Assembly: GCA_018062765.1 (NCBI GenBank)
Contig: JAGORR010000001.1
Location: 150,506-214,505 of the forward strand
From: Minisyncoccota bacterium
GTDB lineage: Bacteria > Patescibacteriota > Minisyncoccia > Phycocordibacterales > Phycocordibacteraceae
Length of the DNA stretch: 64,000 nt
Direction: 5' to 3'
Below, one piece after another: positions 1-9,276 of this stretch. Numbering within the stretch: the stretch's first letter is position 1; each line of letters opens with the position of its first letter. The position numbers and the translations under genes were made by a program. Below the pieces are notes generated by a model. That model searched no databases, was not told the DNA's origin, and saw only the letters and a list, made by a program, of their open reading frames with translations.

Positions 1-103
1 CTGAGGTCGGCGACCCGGGGGCCGGTTTCGAGGCCTAATTTGACGGTTCATCCTCGCTCCTGTATCTTTTGCCTATCTCGCCTAGGCGCGGGCTTTATAT
101 TTC

Positions 104-439
104 ATGTCTCGATCGCTCAAAAAAGGTCCCTACGTGGACGCGAAGCTTATGAAGAAAGTCGCCGGCAAGAAGCCGTCGGAGTCTTCGACTATCCGTACGT
201 GGGCTCGCAACTCCCAGATCGCACCTGAAATGGTGGGGTTCACGTTCGGCGTCCACAACGGCAAGACCCATGTGGACGTCCTCGTTTCCGAGGAGATGGT
301 GGGGCACCGCCTTGGTGAATTCTCTCCGACGAAGAAGTTCCAGCGTCACGGCGGAAAGATGCAGAAGGAGCTTGAGCAGAAGCGCCAGGAGTCCGAAATC
401 GCCTCTGCGAAGGCAGCGAGCGCACCCGCCAAGAAATAA
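104..439 (+). CDS. rpsS: 30S ribosomal protein S19
   Basis: N-terminus [12 protein letters not shown]... is the canonical S19 start; size 111 aa; first gene of a conserved S19-L22-S3-L16 order. Confidence 0.95.
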   Translation: MSRSLKKGPYVDAKLMKKVAGKKPSESSTIRTWARNSQIAPEMVGFTFGVHNGKTHVDVLVSEEMVGHRLGEFSPTKKFQRHGGKMQKELEQKRQESEIASAKAASAPAKK

Positions 440-442
440 GGT

Positions 443-766
443 ATGAAAGCTGAGCTCACCAACCACAACCAGTCCCCGCGCAAGGTGCGGCTCGTTACCG
501 ATCTCGTGAAGGGTAAGTCGGTGCCGGAGGCACTTAAGGCGCTCACGCTTCTCCCAAAGCGCGCGGCGCTGCCTGTAAAGAAACTCCTTGAGAGCGCGGT
601 CGCGAACGCAAAGGTTTCCGGTGAGAAGGCCGAGGACCTGAAGATAGCGAACATCACGGTCAACTCCGGCGGCATGATGGTGCGCTATATGCCACGCGCC
701 ATGGGTCGCGCGACGCCTATACGCCGCAAGAAGAGCCGCGTCGTACTCACCCTCGCCAAGGCGTAA
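443..766 (+). CDS. rplV: 50S ribosomal protein L22
   Basis: 107 aa; position between S19 and S3; KVRLV.DLV.G motif typical of L22. Confidence 0.93.
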   Translation: MKAELTNHNQSPRKVRLVTDLVKGKSVPEALKALTLLPKRAALPVKKLLESAVANAKVSGEKAEDLKIANITVNSGGMMVRYMPRAMGRATPIRRKKSRVVLTLAKA

Positions 767-774
767 TATTTGAT

Positions 775-1512
775 ATGACTCACACCGTACATCCCTACGC
801 GCACCGCCTCGGCATCATCCGTGATTGGAAGAGTCGCTGGTTTGCTACCGATAAGAAGCAGTTCCGCGAGAACCTCAAGGTTGACGCGGCAGTTCGCGCA
901 TTCATGGGCAAGCGCCTTAAGGGTACCTTTGCCGGCGAGATGGAGCTTGAGCGCACCGCAAGCGAGTTCCGCGTCGTCGTTCACACCGCGCGCCCAGGGC
1001 TTGTCATCGGACGTTCTGGCGAGAACGCAGCGAAGCTTCGCAAGGAGCTTTCCGAGGTTGTCCGCGCTGCTTCCGCTAAGGGCGCAAAGCTCCTCCCAGT
1101 GAAGCTCGACATCATGGAAATCCGTCAGCCGGAGACCAATGCTGCGGTGGTCGCTGCCATGGTCGTCGAGGGTCTCGAGAAGCGTATGCCGTTCCGACGC
1201 GTGCTCAAATCGACCATCGAGAAGGTCATGGCGGTACGCGAGGTGAAGGGTGCTCGCATCGTCGTCTCCGGACGCTTGGGCGGCGCCGACATGTCGCGCA
1301 CCGAGCAGGCGAAGAAGGGTCGCATCCCACTTCAGACCTTCCGCGCGGATGTGGACTTCGCACGCGCGGAGGCGAACACCAAGCTTACCGGTGCTATCGG
1401 CGTGAAGGTGTGGATCTACTTGGGCGACAAGTTCGACACCGCTGCAAAGCCTGCAGCACCGGTTGAGGTACGCCAGGCAACTGGGTACGCAGCTTCGTCG
1501 CGCGCCGCATAA
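775..1512 (+). CDS. rpsC: 30S ribosomal protein S3
   Basis: 245 aa; KH-domain-like segment GLVIGRSGENAAKLRKEL; conserved operon position. Confidence 0.95.
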   Translation: MTHTVHPYAHRLGIIRDWKSRWFATDKKQFRENLKVDAAVRAFMGKRLKGTFAGEMELERTASEFRVVVHTARPGLVIGRSGENAAKLRKELSEVVRAASAKGAKLLPVKLDIMEIRQPETNAAVVAAMVVEGLEKRMPFRRVLKSTIEKVMAVREVKGARIVVSGRLGGADMSRTEQAKKGRIPLQTFRADVDFARAEANTKLTGAIGVKVWIYLGDKFDTAAKPAAPVEVRQATGYAASSRAA

Positions 1513-1518
1513 TCTGCC

Positions 1519-1941
1519 ATGCTTTTTCCTAAGAAAGTAAAACATCGCAAGTGGCAGACGGGCCGGAAGTCACCGGAGCGTTTGAACCGTCCTGATACAC
1601 GCGGCACTAAGGTGTCGTTCGGCTCTTTCGCGCTTAAGGCGACCTCCGCATCGCGTCTCACTTCCAACCAGATTGAAGCAGCCCGCAAGGTCATCACCCG
1701 TGCTACGGGCAAGGGCGGCAAGATGTGGATTCGCGTCTTCCCGGATCGTCCGGTTACGGCGAAGCCTGCAGAGGTGGGCATGGGTTCTGGTAAGGGAGAT
1801 CCGAAGGGCTTCGTATTCGAGGTGCGCCCCGGCCGCGTACTTTTCGAGCTCGACGGCGTACCTGAGGCTGCGGCGCGCGCTAGCCTCCGCCAGGCTGGTA
1901 TGAAGCTTCCTATGCGCACGACCGTAGTCGCACGCAGCTAG
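1519..1941 (+). CDS. rplP: 50S ribosomal protein L16
   Basis: MLFPKKVKHRK..RGT.. start typical of L16; 140 aa. Confidence 0.95.
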   Translation: MLFPKKVKHRKWQTGRKSPERLNRPDTRGTKVSFGSFALKATSASRLTSNQIEAARKVITRATGKGGKMWIRVFPDRPVTAKPAEVGMGSGKGDPKGFVFEVRPGRVLFELDGVPEAAARASLRQAGMKLPMRTTVVARS

Positions 1942-1949
1942 ATTTTGAT

Positions 1950-2141
1950 ATGAACAAGCGCATGAAAGACATCAAGGATAAGACGAAGGAGGAACTCACC
2001 GCCCTTCTTGCTGAGAAGCGGGAGAGCCTGCGCACGCTCCGATTTAGCGCGGCAGGCGCACGCCCTAAGGACCCGTCCGAAGGAAAGACGCTTCGCGCTG
2101 ACATCGCGCGCATCCTCACCGTGCGTAACGCCGCTAAATAA
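1950..2141 (+). CDS. rpmC: 50S ribosomal protein L29
   Basis: 63 aa; KDKTKEELTALLAEKRESL matches the L29 helical signature; follows L16. Confidence 0.9.
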   Translation: MNKRMKDIKDKTKEELTALLAEKRESLRTLRFSAAGARPKDPSEGKTLRADIARILTVRNAAK

Positions 2142-2145
2142 GATT

Positions 2146-2409
2146 ATGGAAACTACCCGCCCACAGACTCTGACCGGCGTCGTCGTAAAGACGGCCATGA
2201 AAGACACCGTCACGGTGGCGGTAGACCGCTACGTGAAGATTCCCAAGTACAAGAAGTACATCACCCGTACGAAAAAGTATCTCGTGCATGACCCGGGTAA
2301 CACTGCCTCGGTAGGGGACCAGGTCACGATTGTCTCAACTCGTCCGATTTCAAAGCTGAAGTCGTTCAAGCTGGCCTCGACCATCCGTAAGGCCGTTGCT
2401 GCCGAATAA
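2146..2409 (+). CDS. rpsQ: 30S ribosomal protein S17
   Basis: ATG at 2146 in the frame of ORF 2008..2409; LTGVVVKTAMKDTVTVAVDRYVKIPKYKKY is an OB-fold S17 signature; the upstream part of the long ORF overlaps L29 and is rejected. Confidence 0.9.
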   Translation: METTRPQTLTGVVVKTAMKDTVTVAVDRYVKIPKYKKYITRTKKYLVHDPGNTASVGDQVTIVSTRPISKLKSFKLASTIRKAVAAE

Positions 2410-2413
2410 TCTT

Positions 2414-2791
2414 ATGTTGCAGCCACAAACCATTGTCACGGTCGCAGATAACTCAGGCGCTAAGGTCGCGCGCATCTTCAAGGTGCTCGGGGGCAGTAAG
2501 CGCCGCTACGCTGCTATCGGCGACGTCATCATCGCCTCTGTCCAGACTGCGGAGCCACGCAAGCCCATTAAGAAGAAGGATATTGTGAAGGCGGTTGTCG
2601 TCCGTACCGTAAAGCCTTACCGTCGTCGTGACGGCTCGTACGTATCGTTTGATGACAACGCGATCGTTATCATCGAGAAGCAGGGTAAGGAGATGGGTCC
2701 TAAGGGGAACCGCGTCTTCGGTCCAGTGCCTCGCGAGCTTACTGAGCGCGGCTGGGCGAACATCGCCGGTATCGCTCCTGAAATCGTCTAA
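2414..2791 (+). CDS. rplN: 50S ribosomal protein L14
   Basis: MLQPQTIVTVADNSGAK... is the canonical L14 start; ATG at 2414. Confidence 0.95.
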   Translation: MLQPQTIVTVADNSGAKVARIFKVLGGSKRRYAAIGDVIIASVQTAEPRKPIKKKDIVKAVVVRTVKPYRRRDGSYVSFDDNAIVIIEKQGKEMGPKGNRVFGPVPRELTERGWANIAGIAPEIV

Positions 2792-2797
2792 CGGCTT

Positions 2798-3163
2798 ATG
2801 AGAAAATATACAAAGCTCAACATTCGAAACCGGAAGAACCCGGTTAAGAAGGCCGTAAAGGTCGCGAAGATGCGCCTTAAGAAAGGCGATGTCGTCATAG
2901 TCGTATCGGGAAAGGACAAAGGGAAGTCCGGCGCCATCACTCGCGTCTTGCCTCTCGTCCGGAAGGTCCTTATCGATGGCGTCGGCGTCGTTAAGCGCCA
3001 TGTAGGGAAGCGCGGCCGCCAGTCGGGCCATATCGTCGAGGCTCCGCGCCCTATCGATGTCTCGAACGTGATGCTCAAGGATCCCAAAGGCGGGAAGCCT
3101 ACCCGCGTAGGACGTTCGGGTGGCGCACGCGTTGCGAAGAAGAGCGGCTCAACCCTCTCGTAA
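2798..3163 (+). CDS. rplX: 50S ribosomal protein L24
   Basis: KOW motif KKGDVVIVVSGKDKGKSG; the start may instead be the internal ATG at 2870 (MRLKKGDVV), which has an AAGG 9 nt upstream. Confidence 0.85.
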   Translation: MRKYTKLNIRNRKNPVKKAVKVAKMRLKKGDVVIVVSGKDKGKSGAITRVLPLVRKVLIDGVGVVKRHVGKRGRQSGHIVEAPRPIDVSNVMLKDPKGGKPTRVGRSGGARVAKKSGSTLS

Positions 3164-3173
3164 TCACTTATTT

Positions 3174-3710
3174 ATGATGCAAACCAAAGAACGAGTGAAG
3201 GGAGCATTCAGGGTGCTCGGCGAAGAGCTGGGGGTGAAGAATGTCATGGCCGCGCCGCGCGTGGAGAAGGTCGTCGTGTCCTCAGGCGTCGGAAAGAAGC
3301 GCGACAAAAAGGTCCTCGAGCTTATCGAGAACCGCATTACGCGCATCACCGGGCAGAAGCCGTCGGCGCGCCCCGCACGCCTTTCCATCGCGTCCTTCAA
3401 GGTACGCGAGGGTGACGTCGTCGGGTACCAAGTGACGCTCCGTGGCGCTCGCATGTATGACTTTTTGGACCGCCTCATCCACGTCGCATTGCCGCGTACT
3501 CGCGACTTCCGCGGCCTTACGGACTCCGCCATCGACGAGATGGGCAACATGACCATAGGTATTAAGGAGCACACCATCTTCCCAGAGACCTCTGACGAGG
3601 AGGTGAAGGACGTCTTCGGGCTCGCGGTGACCATTGTCACTTCGGCGAAGGATAAGAAGTCGGCTACCGCCTTCTTGAAGCACCTCGGCCTCCCAATCCG
3701 CTCGAAATAG
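3174..3710 (+). CDS. rplE: 50S ribosomal protein L5
   Basis: ATG at 3174 (MMQTKER...); FRVLGEELGVKNVMAAPRVEKVVVSSGVG is typical of L5. Confidence 0.95.
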   Translation: MMQTKERVKGAFRVLGEELGVKNVMAAPRVEKVVVSSGVGKKRDKKVLELIENRITRITGQKPSARPARLSIASFKVREGDVVGYQVTLRGARMYDFLDRLIHVALPRTRDFRGLTDSAIDEMGNMTIGIKEHTIFPETSDEEVKDVFGLAVTIVTSAKDKKSATAFLKHLGLPIRSK

Positions 3711-3740
3711 CTCCGCTTGCGGATGGTGTGCTCGGACCCA

Positions 3741-3768
3741 GATCAGCCTCCCTTAGGGGAGGCTGATC
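3741..3768 (+). promoter_or_regulatory. perfect 12-bp stem hairpin GATCAGCCTCCC-TTAG-GGGAGGCTGATC in the unusually long rplE-rpsN spacer
   Basis: inverted repeat read directly; lies in a 166-nt gap, where neighbouring ribosomal genes are separated by 2-15 nt. Confidence 0.5.
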
Positions 3769-3876
3769 ACGTTAAAATTGAGACAAAGCAGACCCGGGAC
3801 TCCCTAGGAAGCCCAAGTTTGACCGCGTACTTAGAGGGTGGTAGATTGTGCTCACGCTCCTCGGAGCTTTTTCTTT

Positions 3877-4146
3877 ATGGCCAAAGCCTCCCAACTCGCC
3901 CGCAACGAAAAGCGCATCAAGCTCGCCGCAAAATACGCGGTGAAGCGCGCGGCTCTTAAGGCTTCCGGAGACCTCGAAGGCCTCCAGAAGCTCCCGAAGA
4001 ATGCTTCCCCGGTCCGCATCAAGAACCGGTGCGCGGTCTCGGGCCGTTCTCGCGGTTACATCCGCGCGTTTGGTCTCTCTCGCATCCAGTTTCGCGAGCT
4101 CGCTCGCGAGGGCAAGATTCCGGGTGTAAAGAAGGCATCTTGGTAG
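3877..4146 (+). CDS. rpsN: 30S ribosomal protein S14 (long, non-zinc form)
   Basis: ATG at 3877 ([16 protein letters not shown]...); 89 aa; ends ...[13 protein letters not shown]; single Cys, so not the Z-type. Confidence 0.9.
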   Translation: MAKASQLARNEKRIKLAAKYAVKRAALKASGDLEGLQKLPKNASPVRIKNRCAVSGRSRGYIRAFGLSRIQFRELAREGKIPGVKKASW

Positions 4147-4159
4147 ATTTCAGTACGTT

Positions 4160-4552
4160 ATGATCACAGACCGCGTCGGCGATTTCATCATCCGTCTTAA
4201 GAACGCCTCTGCCTCGGGCAAGGCGATGGTTAACGTGCCGCACTCGGCGCACCTTGAGTCTATTGCGAAGAAGCTCATGGAGCTTGGGTATGTCGCTTCG
4301 GTCGAAACTACGCGCAAGGAGGTAGGGAAGACTCTCGATGTCGCGCTTCGCTACGACGACGGCACTCCTCGTATTCGCGGCGTAAAGCGCATCTCGAAGC
4401 CAGGTCGCCGACTCTACACGCCAGCGCGTGAGGCGCACACCGTGAAGAACGGAATCGGAGCACGCCTCATCTCGACTCCGAAGGGCGTCCTTTCCGATAA
4501 GGAGGCACGCAAGGTGCGCGTAGGAGGCGAGGACCTGTTTGAGATTTGGTAA
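4160..4552 (+). CDS. rpsH: 30S ribosomal protein S8
   Basis: MITDRVGDFIIRLKNA... is the canonical S8 start; 130 aa. Confidence 0.95.
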   Translation: MITDRVGDFIIRLKNASASGKAMVNVPHSAHLESIAKKLMELGYVASVETTRKEVGKTLDVALRYDDGTPRIRGVKRISKPGRRLYTPAREAHTVKNGIGARLISTPKGVLSDKEARKVRVGGEDLFEIW

Positions 4553-4556
4553 TCGT

Positions 4557-5090
4557 ATGAGCCGCCTCGCAAAAAAGCCGATAGCCGTACCGCAGAAAGT
4601 GGAGGTCACTTCCGCAGGCGCAACGCTTACCGTAAAGGGAGGCAAGGCGACGCTTTCGCGTCCCATTCACCCTGCAGTCGGTATCGAGGTAACCGCCGAA
4701 GGTATCGTTATCACCGCGAAGAACAACTCGAAGCTCGCAAAGGCGCTTACGGGAACGTTCGCGGCGCACACTCGCTCTATGATTCATGGAGTGGAGACTC
4801 CGTGGAAGCGCGTCCTCGTCCTCGAGGGCGTTGGCTACAAGGTCGAGCTCAAGGGCAAGGAGCTGAACTTCATCGTCGGATTCTCGCACCCGGTCAAGCT
4901 CACCATCCCTGATGGCATCACAGCAACAGTTGAGAAGAACGTGATTACGATTGAGGGCGCGGATAAGGATGCGCTCGGGCAGTTTGCTGCGCACATTCGG
5001 CGCGTAAAGCCACCAGAGCCGTACCTCGGGAAGGGAATCCGATACCAGGACGAGGTCATCCGCCGCAAGCAGGGCAAGAAATCCGTCTAA
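4557..5090 (+). CDS. rplF: 50S ribosomal protein L6
   Basis: ATG at 4557 (MSRLAKKPIAVPQKVEV); two-domain L6 pattern. Confidence 0.95.
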   Translation: MSRLAKKPIAVPQKVEVTSAGATLTVKGGKATLSRPIHPAVGIEVTAEGIVITAKNNSKLAKALTGTFAAHTRSMIHGVETPWKRVLVLEGVGYKVELKGKELNFIVGFSHPVKLTIPDGITATVEKNVITIEGADKDALGQFAAHIRRVKPPEPYLGKGIRYQDEVIRRKQGKKSV

Positions 5091-5096
5091 TCTTTT

Positions 5097-5444
5097 ATGG
5101 CTACTACTCTCTCTAAGAAGGTCATGCGGAAGTCCCGCCACAAGCGCGTTCGCGCGAAGATTTCGGGTACCGAGGCACGTCCGCGCCTCGTCGTATCGAA
5201 GTCGAACCGATTCGTGTCGGCGCAGCTTATCGATGATGTTGCTGGCGTTACCCTCGCCTCAGCGCACGGTCGCGAGTTCCCGGGGGCGCCCACAAGGCAG
5301 GCAGAGGCGGTGGGTACTGAGATAGCGAAGCGCGCAAAGGAAAAGGGCGTTTCCGCAGTCGTCTTCGATCGCGGCGGCTTCGTCTATGCTGCGCAGGTGA
5401 AGGCTCTCGCGGACGCAGCGCGCGCAGGCGGACTCACTTTTTAA
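5097..5444 (+). CDS. rplR: 50S ribosomal protein L18
   Basis: 115 aa; [20 protein letters not shown] is the L18 signature. Confidence 0.95.
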   Translation: MATTLSKKVMRKSRHKRVRAKISGTEARPRLVVSKSNRFVSAQLIDDVAGVTLASAHGREFPGAPTRQAEAVGTEIAKRAKEKGVSAVVFDRGGFVYAAQVKALADAARAGGLTF

Positions 5445-5448
5445 TACT

Positions 5449-6063
5449 ATGGCCGACGAAACGCTCACCATGACTGATACCGAAACGACCGCCCCTGCGG
5501 AGGCAGCTCCTGCAGCAGTTGAGACGCCAGTCGCACCAGTGGCAGCAGCACCGGAAGCCCCAGCGCGCGGCGGACGAGGTCGCGGACGCGAGAGCCGTGG
5601 TCGCGGCAATACGCGCGCTCCACGCGAGCGTGGCGAGTTCGACCAGGTCACCATCGCCGTGCGTCGCGTGGCCCGCGTTATGGCCGGCGGTCGTCGCTTC
5701 TCCTTCAGCGTCTCTATCGTCATCGGCGATAAGAAAGGGCGCGTGGGCGTAGGGCTCGGGAAGGGTGCGGATACTGCGCTCGCAATCGATAAGGCGGTGC
5801 GCGACGCGAAGAAGCACCTCATCACCGTTATGCGCACGGACTCAAACTCCATTCCACACGATGTGATTGCTAAGTACGCGTCATCCACCGTAGAGATCAT
5901 GCCGTCAGCCGGTCGCGGACTCGTCGCAGGTTCCGCTATGCGCTCGGTCCTCGAGCTCGCAGGCGTGACGGACGTTGTTACAAAGATTCACACGCGCACC
6001 AAGAACAAGCTGACGATCGCTCGTGCGACTGTCGCAGCGCTTTCATCGCTTCGCGCACGCTAA
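5449..6063 (+). CDS. rpsE: 30S ribosomal protein S5 with an Ala/Pro/Arg-rich N-terminal extension
   Basis: S5 core VTIAVRRVARVMAGGRRFSFSVSIVIGDKKGRVGVGLGKG; followed directly by rplO with no L30 gene. Confidence 0.95.
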   Translation: MADETLTMTDTETTAPAEAAPAAVETPVAPVAAAPEAPARGGRGRGRESRGRGNTRAPRERGEFDQVTIAVRRVARVMAGGRRFSFSVSIVIGDKKGRVGVGLGKGADTALAIDKAVRDAKKHLITVMRTDSNSIPHDVIAKYASSTVEIMPSAGRGLVAGSAMRSVLELAGVTDVVTKIHTRTKNKLTIARATVAALSSLRAR

Positions 6064-6072
6064 TATACCGGT

Positions 6073-6528
6073 ATGCAGCTCAACTCCTTCAAATCCAAAA
6101 CTAAGCGCGCACCAGTGCGTCGCGTAGGTCGCGGTGGCAAGCGCGGAAAGACCTCAGGCCACGGCGGCAAGGGGCAGACGGCGCGCGCAGGGCACAAAAT
6201 TCGCCCAGAGATGCGCGACAAGATAAAGAAGATCCCGAAGCTTCGCGGTCACGGCAAGAACCGCAGTCGCACCGTACGCACGACGCAGGTCACCTACGTG
6301 CCGGTTAACCTCGCGGTTCTCGAGCGTGCGTTTCAGTCTGGCGACACGGTGAACGCTGAGACCCTCATGAAGGCGGGTGTCGTTCGCGCAGTACGCGGCC
6401 GGCTTCCGCGCGTGAAGTTGCTTGCAACCGGCGAGCTTACCAAGGCGCTTACCGTCTCCATCCCCGCGGTCTCCGCATCCGCCAAGGCTGCGATAGAGAA
6501 GGCCGGCGGCTCGGTCCTCCATGATTAG
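6073..6528 (+). CDS. rplO: 50S ribosomal protein L15
   Basis: GRGGKRGKTSGHGGKGQ glycine-rich L15 signature. Confidence 0.95.
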   Translation: MQLNSFKSKTKRAPVRRVGRGGKRGKTSGHGGKGQTARAGHKIRPEMRDKIKKIPKLRGHGKNRSRTVRTTQVTYVPVNLAVLERAFQSGDTVNAETLMKAGVVRAVRGRLPRVKLLATGELTKALTVSIPAVSASAKAAIEKAGGSVLHD

Positions 6529-7798
6529 CGCCTTCTTCAGGAAGCTTCGCCTCGTACTCACCGATTCCACGCTGCGCGCGCGCATCCTTTTCATACTTGG
6601 CGCGTTTGTCCTCTTCCGGTTTCTCGCAGCGATCCCAGTTCCGGGCATCAATCGCGACGCCTTGGAGGCATTCTTTCTCAACAACCAGTTCTTCGGCCTC
6701 TTGAATATCTTCTCGGGCGGCGGGTTCTCGAACCTTTCTCTCGTCATGCTCGGTGTGGGCCCCTATATCACGGCATCTATCATCATGCAGCTCTCCACCA
6801 TCCTCTTCCCGAAGGTGAAGGCGCTCTATTCGGAGGAGGGAGAGGCAGGTCGCGCGAAGTTTACCGCTTGGGGCCGCTACCTCACGGTGCCAATCGCGGT
6901 TACGCAGGGCATCGCGTTTTTGACGCTTCTCCAGAACTCGGGCATCATCGCGCCCCTCTCTTCGCTCGAATTCGCGACAAACGTGCTCCTGATTGCGGCT
7001 GGCTCGATGCTCCTCATGTGGATTGGCGAGCTCATAACCGAATTCGGTATCGGTAATGGTGTCTCGCTCATCATCTTCGCGGGTATCGCGGCAGGGCTTC
7101 CTACGGGTCTTGCGCAGGCCATCTTTACGGCGACTGCCGCCGACATCCCGGCGTACCTTGGCTTCGCAGCTATCGGTATTGCGGTTATTTATGCGGTTGT
7201 ATCTGTCTCAGAGGCAGAGCGTTCTGTTCCTATCGCCTATGCACGTCAGGTGCGCGGTGTGGCGACCTCGTCTGCAGGTGCTTCGACCTATTTGCCGATA
7301 CGCCTCTTGCAGGCCGGTGTGATTCCTATCATCTTCGCGCTCTCGTTGCTGCTTCTTCCGCAAATGATTCTTGCGGGCATCATCTCGCTTGGGTTCCCAG
7401 CATTCCAGGGTGCCTTCGATTGGTACACGGCGTTCTCGGCAAACCCATGGGCATACGGGGCCGCATACTTCGCACTCGTTGTGATGTTCACTTTCTTCTA
7501 TACGTCCATAACGTTCGAACCGAAGCGCGTTGCGGATAACCTTCAGAAGGGAGGCGCGTTCGTTCCAGGCGTCCGTCCAGGCCCTGAGACTGAGCGCTAC
7601 ATTGCGAATGTCGTAGCTCGCGTCACGTTCCCAGGTGCGCTCTTCCTTGGCGCCGTCGCCGTCATCCCATTCGTGGTGCAGGGTATCACTGGCATCTCCT
7701 CCTTGGTCATCGGCGGTACGGCGCTCCTTATCGCAGTACAGGTGGTTCTCGACTTGATTAGAAAGATTGACGCTCAGTTGTCACTTAGGGAGTACTAA
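6521..7798 (+). CDS. secY: preprotein translocase subunit SecY
   Basis: 425 aa, multi-TM; LGVGPYITASIIMQL and GELITEFGIGNGVSLIIFAGI are SecY signatures; overlaps the rplO stop. Confidence 0.95.
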   Translation: MISAFFRKLRLVLTDSTLRARILFILGAFVLFRFLAAIPVPGINRDALEAFFLNNQFFGLLNIFSGGGFSNLSLVMLGVGPYITASIIMQLSTILFPKVKALYSEEGEAGRAKFTAWGRYLTVPIAVTQGIAFLTLLQNSGIIAPLSSLEFATNVLLIAAGSMLLMWIGELITEFGIGNGVSLIIFAGIAAGLPTGLAQAIFTATAADIPAYLGFAAIGIAVIYAVVSVSEAERSVPIAYARQVRGVATSSAGASTYLPIRLLQAGVIPIIFALSLLLLPQMILAGIISLGFPAFQGAFDWYTAFSANPWAYGAAYFALVVMFTFFYTSITFEPKRVADNLQKGGAFVPGVRPGPETERYIANVVARVTFPGALFLGAVAVIPFVVQGITGISSLVIGGTALLIAVQVVLDLIRKIDAQLSLREY

Positions 7799-7840
7799 TT
7801 TCACGACAGCCAAGCTGACGTGAGTGCTAAAGTTATAGCT

Positions 7841-8407
7841 ATGGATTTCGATACCATTTTGTTTATAGGTAAGCCTGGAAGCGGGAAGGGAACCCAGGCC
7901 AAGCTTCTTGCTGAGAAGACCGGATTCCCGATTATTGCCTCAGGCGACTTGTTCCGCGCAATTGTTAAGGAGGAGACACATATCGGTCGCAAGATGAAGG
8001 AGGAGCACGAACAGGGACTCCTCGCTCCTGACTGGTTTGCTATGTACCTATTCCAGAAGTCTGTTCTCGGACTCGATCCCTCTAGCGGCATTATCTTCGA
8101 TGGGTTCGGGCGCAAAGTGCCTGAGGCGAAGGTCGTCGTCGACGTGCTCAATTGGCTTGAGAGGAAATTCACCGCGCTCTACGTGGACGTGCCTGACTCA
8201 GACATCATCGAGCGCCTCGAGCTTCGAAAAGAGAGCTCGGGACGCGCGGACGATCACAGCGTGGAGAAGCGTCTCGAGGAATTCCGCACATACACGGAGC
8301 CCTCGGTCGAGGTGTTCCGCCAGGCAGGACACCTTATCGAGATAGACGGTACGCCGTCAGTCGAAGTGATACACGCTGACATAACGCAGCGCCTCGGCCT
8401 CTCATGA
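7841..8407 (+). CDS. adk: adenylate kinase
   Basis: P-loop GKPGSGKGTQA; the ORF-track start at 7820 is a GTG; the ATG at 7841 gives a canonical N-terminus. Confidence 0.9.
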   Translation: MDFDTILFIGKPGSGKGTQAKLLAEKTGFPIIASGDLFRAIVKEETHIGRKMKEEHEQGLLAPDWFAMYLFQKSVLGLDPSSGIIFDGFGRKVPEAKVVVDVLNWLERKFTALYVDVPDSDIIERLELRKESSGRADDHSVEKRLEEFRTYTEPSVEVFRQAGHLIEIDGTPSVEVIHADITQRLGLS

Positions 8408-9186
8408 CGATACGAACGCCCGAGGAACGCGAAGCGCTCCTGGAGGCAGGGAAACGCCTCGGCGTCATACTCGAGGAGCTTCAAAACTGCATAGCGCCCG
8501 GCGTCACTACGATGGAGCTCGAGGAAGTCGCAGACCGCATGATACGCGAAGGAGGGGACACCACCGCGTTCAAGGGCTATACGCCTGAGGGCGCCGCGCG
8601 ACCTTACCCTGCGTCCCTGTGTGTATCGATAAACGAGGACGTCGTTCACGGAATCCCGAATGAGGGTCCGCGTACGCTCGCAGAAGGCGACATCATTACC
8701 CTAGATCTCGGGCTTACCCATAAGGGCATCATCGTGGATTCCGCGATAACGGTAGGCGTCGGCGCTATTTCAAATACGGACCGAGAGCTCATCGGGGCGA
8801 CTGAGGCGGCGCTCGAGGCTGGTATTGCTGCAGCTAAGGTGGGGGGAAAAGTGGGTGATATCTCTAACGCAATCGAACAGTCGTATAAGGGTACGAAGTT
8901 CGCGATCGTGAAAGTTTTGGGCGGGCACGGCGTAGGGAATCGTGTGCATGAAGAGCCCTTCGTCTCAAATTTCGGGCATCCAGGCACCGGTGAGGAGCTC
9001 GTCGATGGTATGGTGCTTGCTCTCGAGCCTATCGCGACCTCGGGGAAGGGAGGAGTGCTGCTTGCGTCTGACGGCTATACGTATCGCACCAAGGACGGTT
9101 CGCGTGCTGCACACTCCGAGCACACCATCCTTATCGAGAACAACGGCACAACGGTCGTGACTCGCCGACCTTCCGAAAAGTCCTGA
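8404..9186 (+). CDS. map: type I methionine aminopeptidase
   Basis: 260 aa; pita-bread fold motifs (VVHGIP, DIITLDLG, ILIENNG); overlaps the adk stop. Confidence 0.95.
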   Translation: MTIRTPEEREALLEAGKRLGVILEELQNCIAPGVTTMELEEVADRMIREGGDTTAFKGYTPEGAARPYPASLCVSINEDVVHGIPNEGPRTLAEGDIITLDLGLTHKGIIVDSAITVGVGAISNTDRELIGATEAALEAGIAAAKVGGKVGDISNAIEQSYKGTKFAIVKVLGGHGVGNRVHEEPFVSNFGHPGTGEELVDGMVLALEPIATSGKGGVLLASDGYTYRTKDGSRAAHSEHTILIENNGTTVVTRRPSEKS

Positions 9187-9276
9187 GAGGGCTCTTTTCT
9201 CGAAAAATTTGCCTCATGGTATAGTCGTCTCACTAGCGCCTCGGGCGCTCGTACACTATCAATCTGCGATTTTATT

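Noticed and set aside
1-38. Possible 3' end of rplB (frame 3 ending TAA at 36-38, ...EVGDPGAGFEA*)
   Set aside because: Only 12 codons are visible and the C-terminus does not resemble L2 convincingly; too short to support
95-1545. Long antisense ORFs (95..466-, 346..675-, 685..1545-) overlapping rpsS, rplV and rpsC
   Set aside because: They are on the strand opposite unmistakable ribosomal protein genes; high GC content generates long spurious ORFs; translations are Arg/Ala-rich with no motifs
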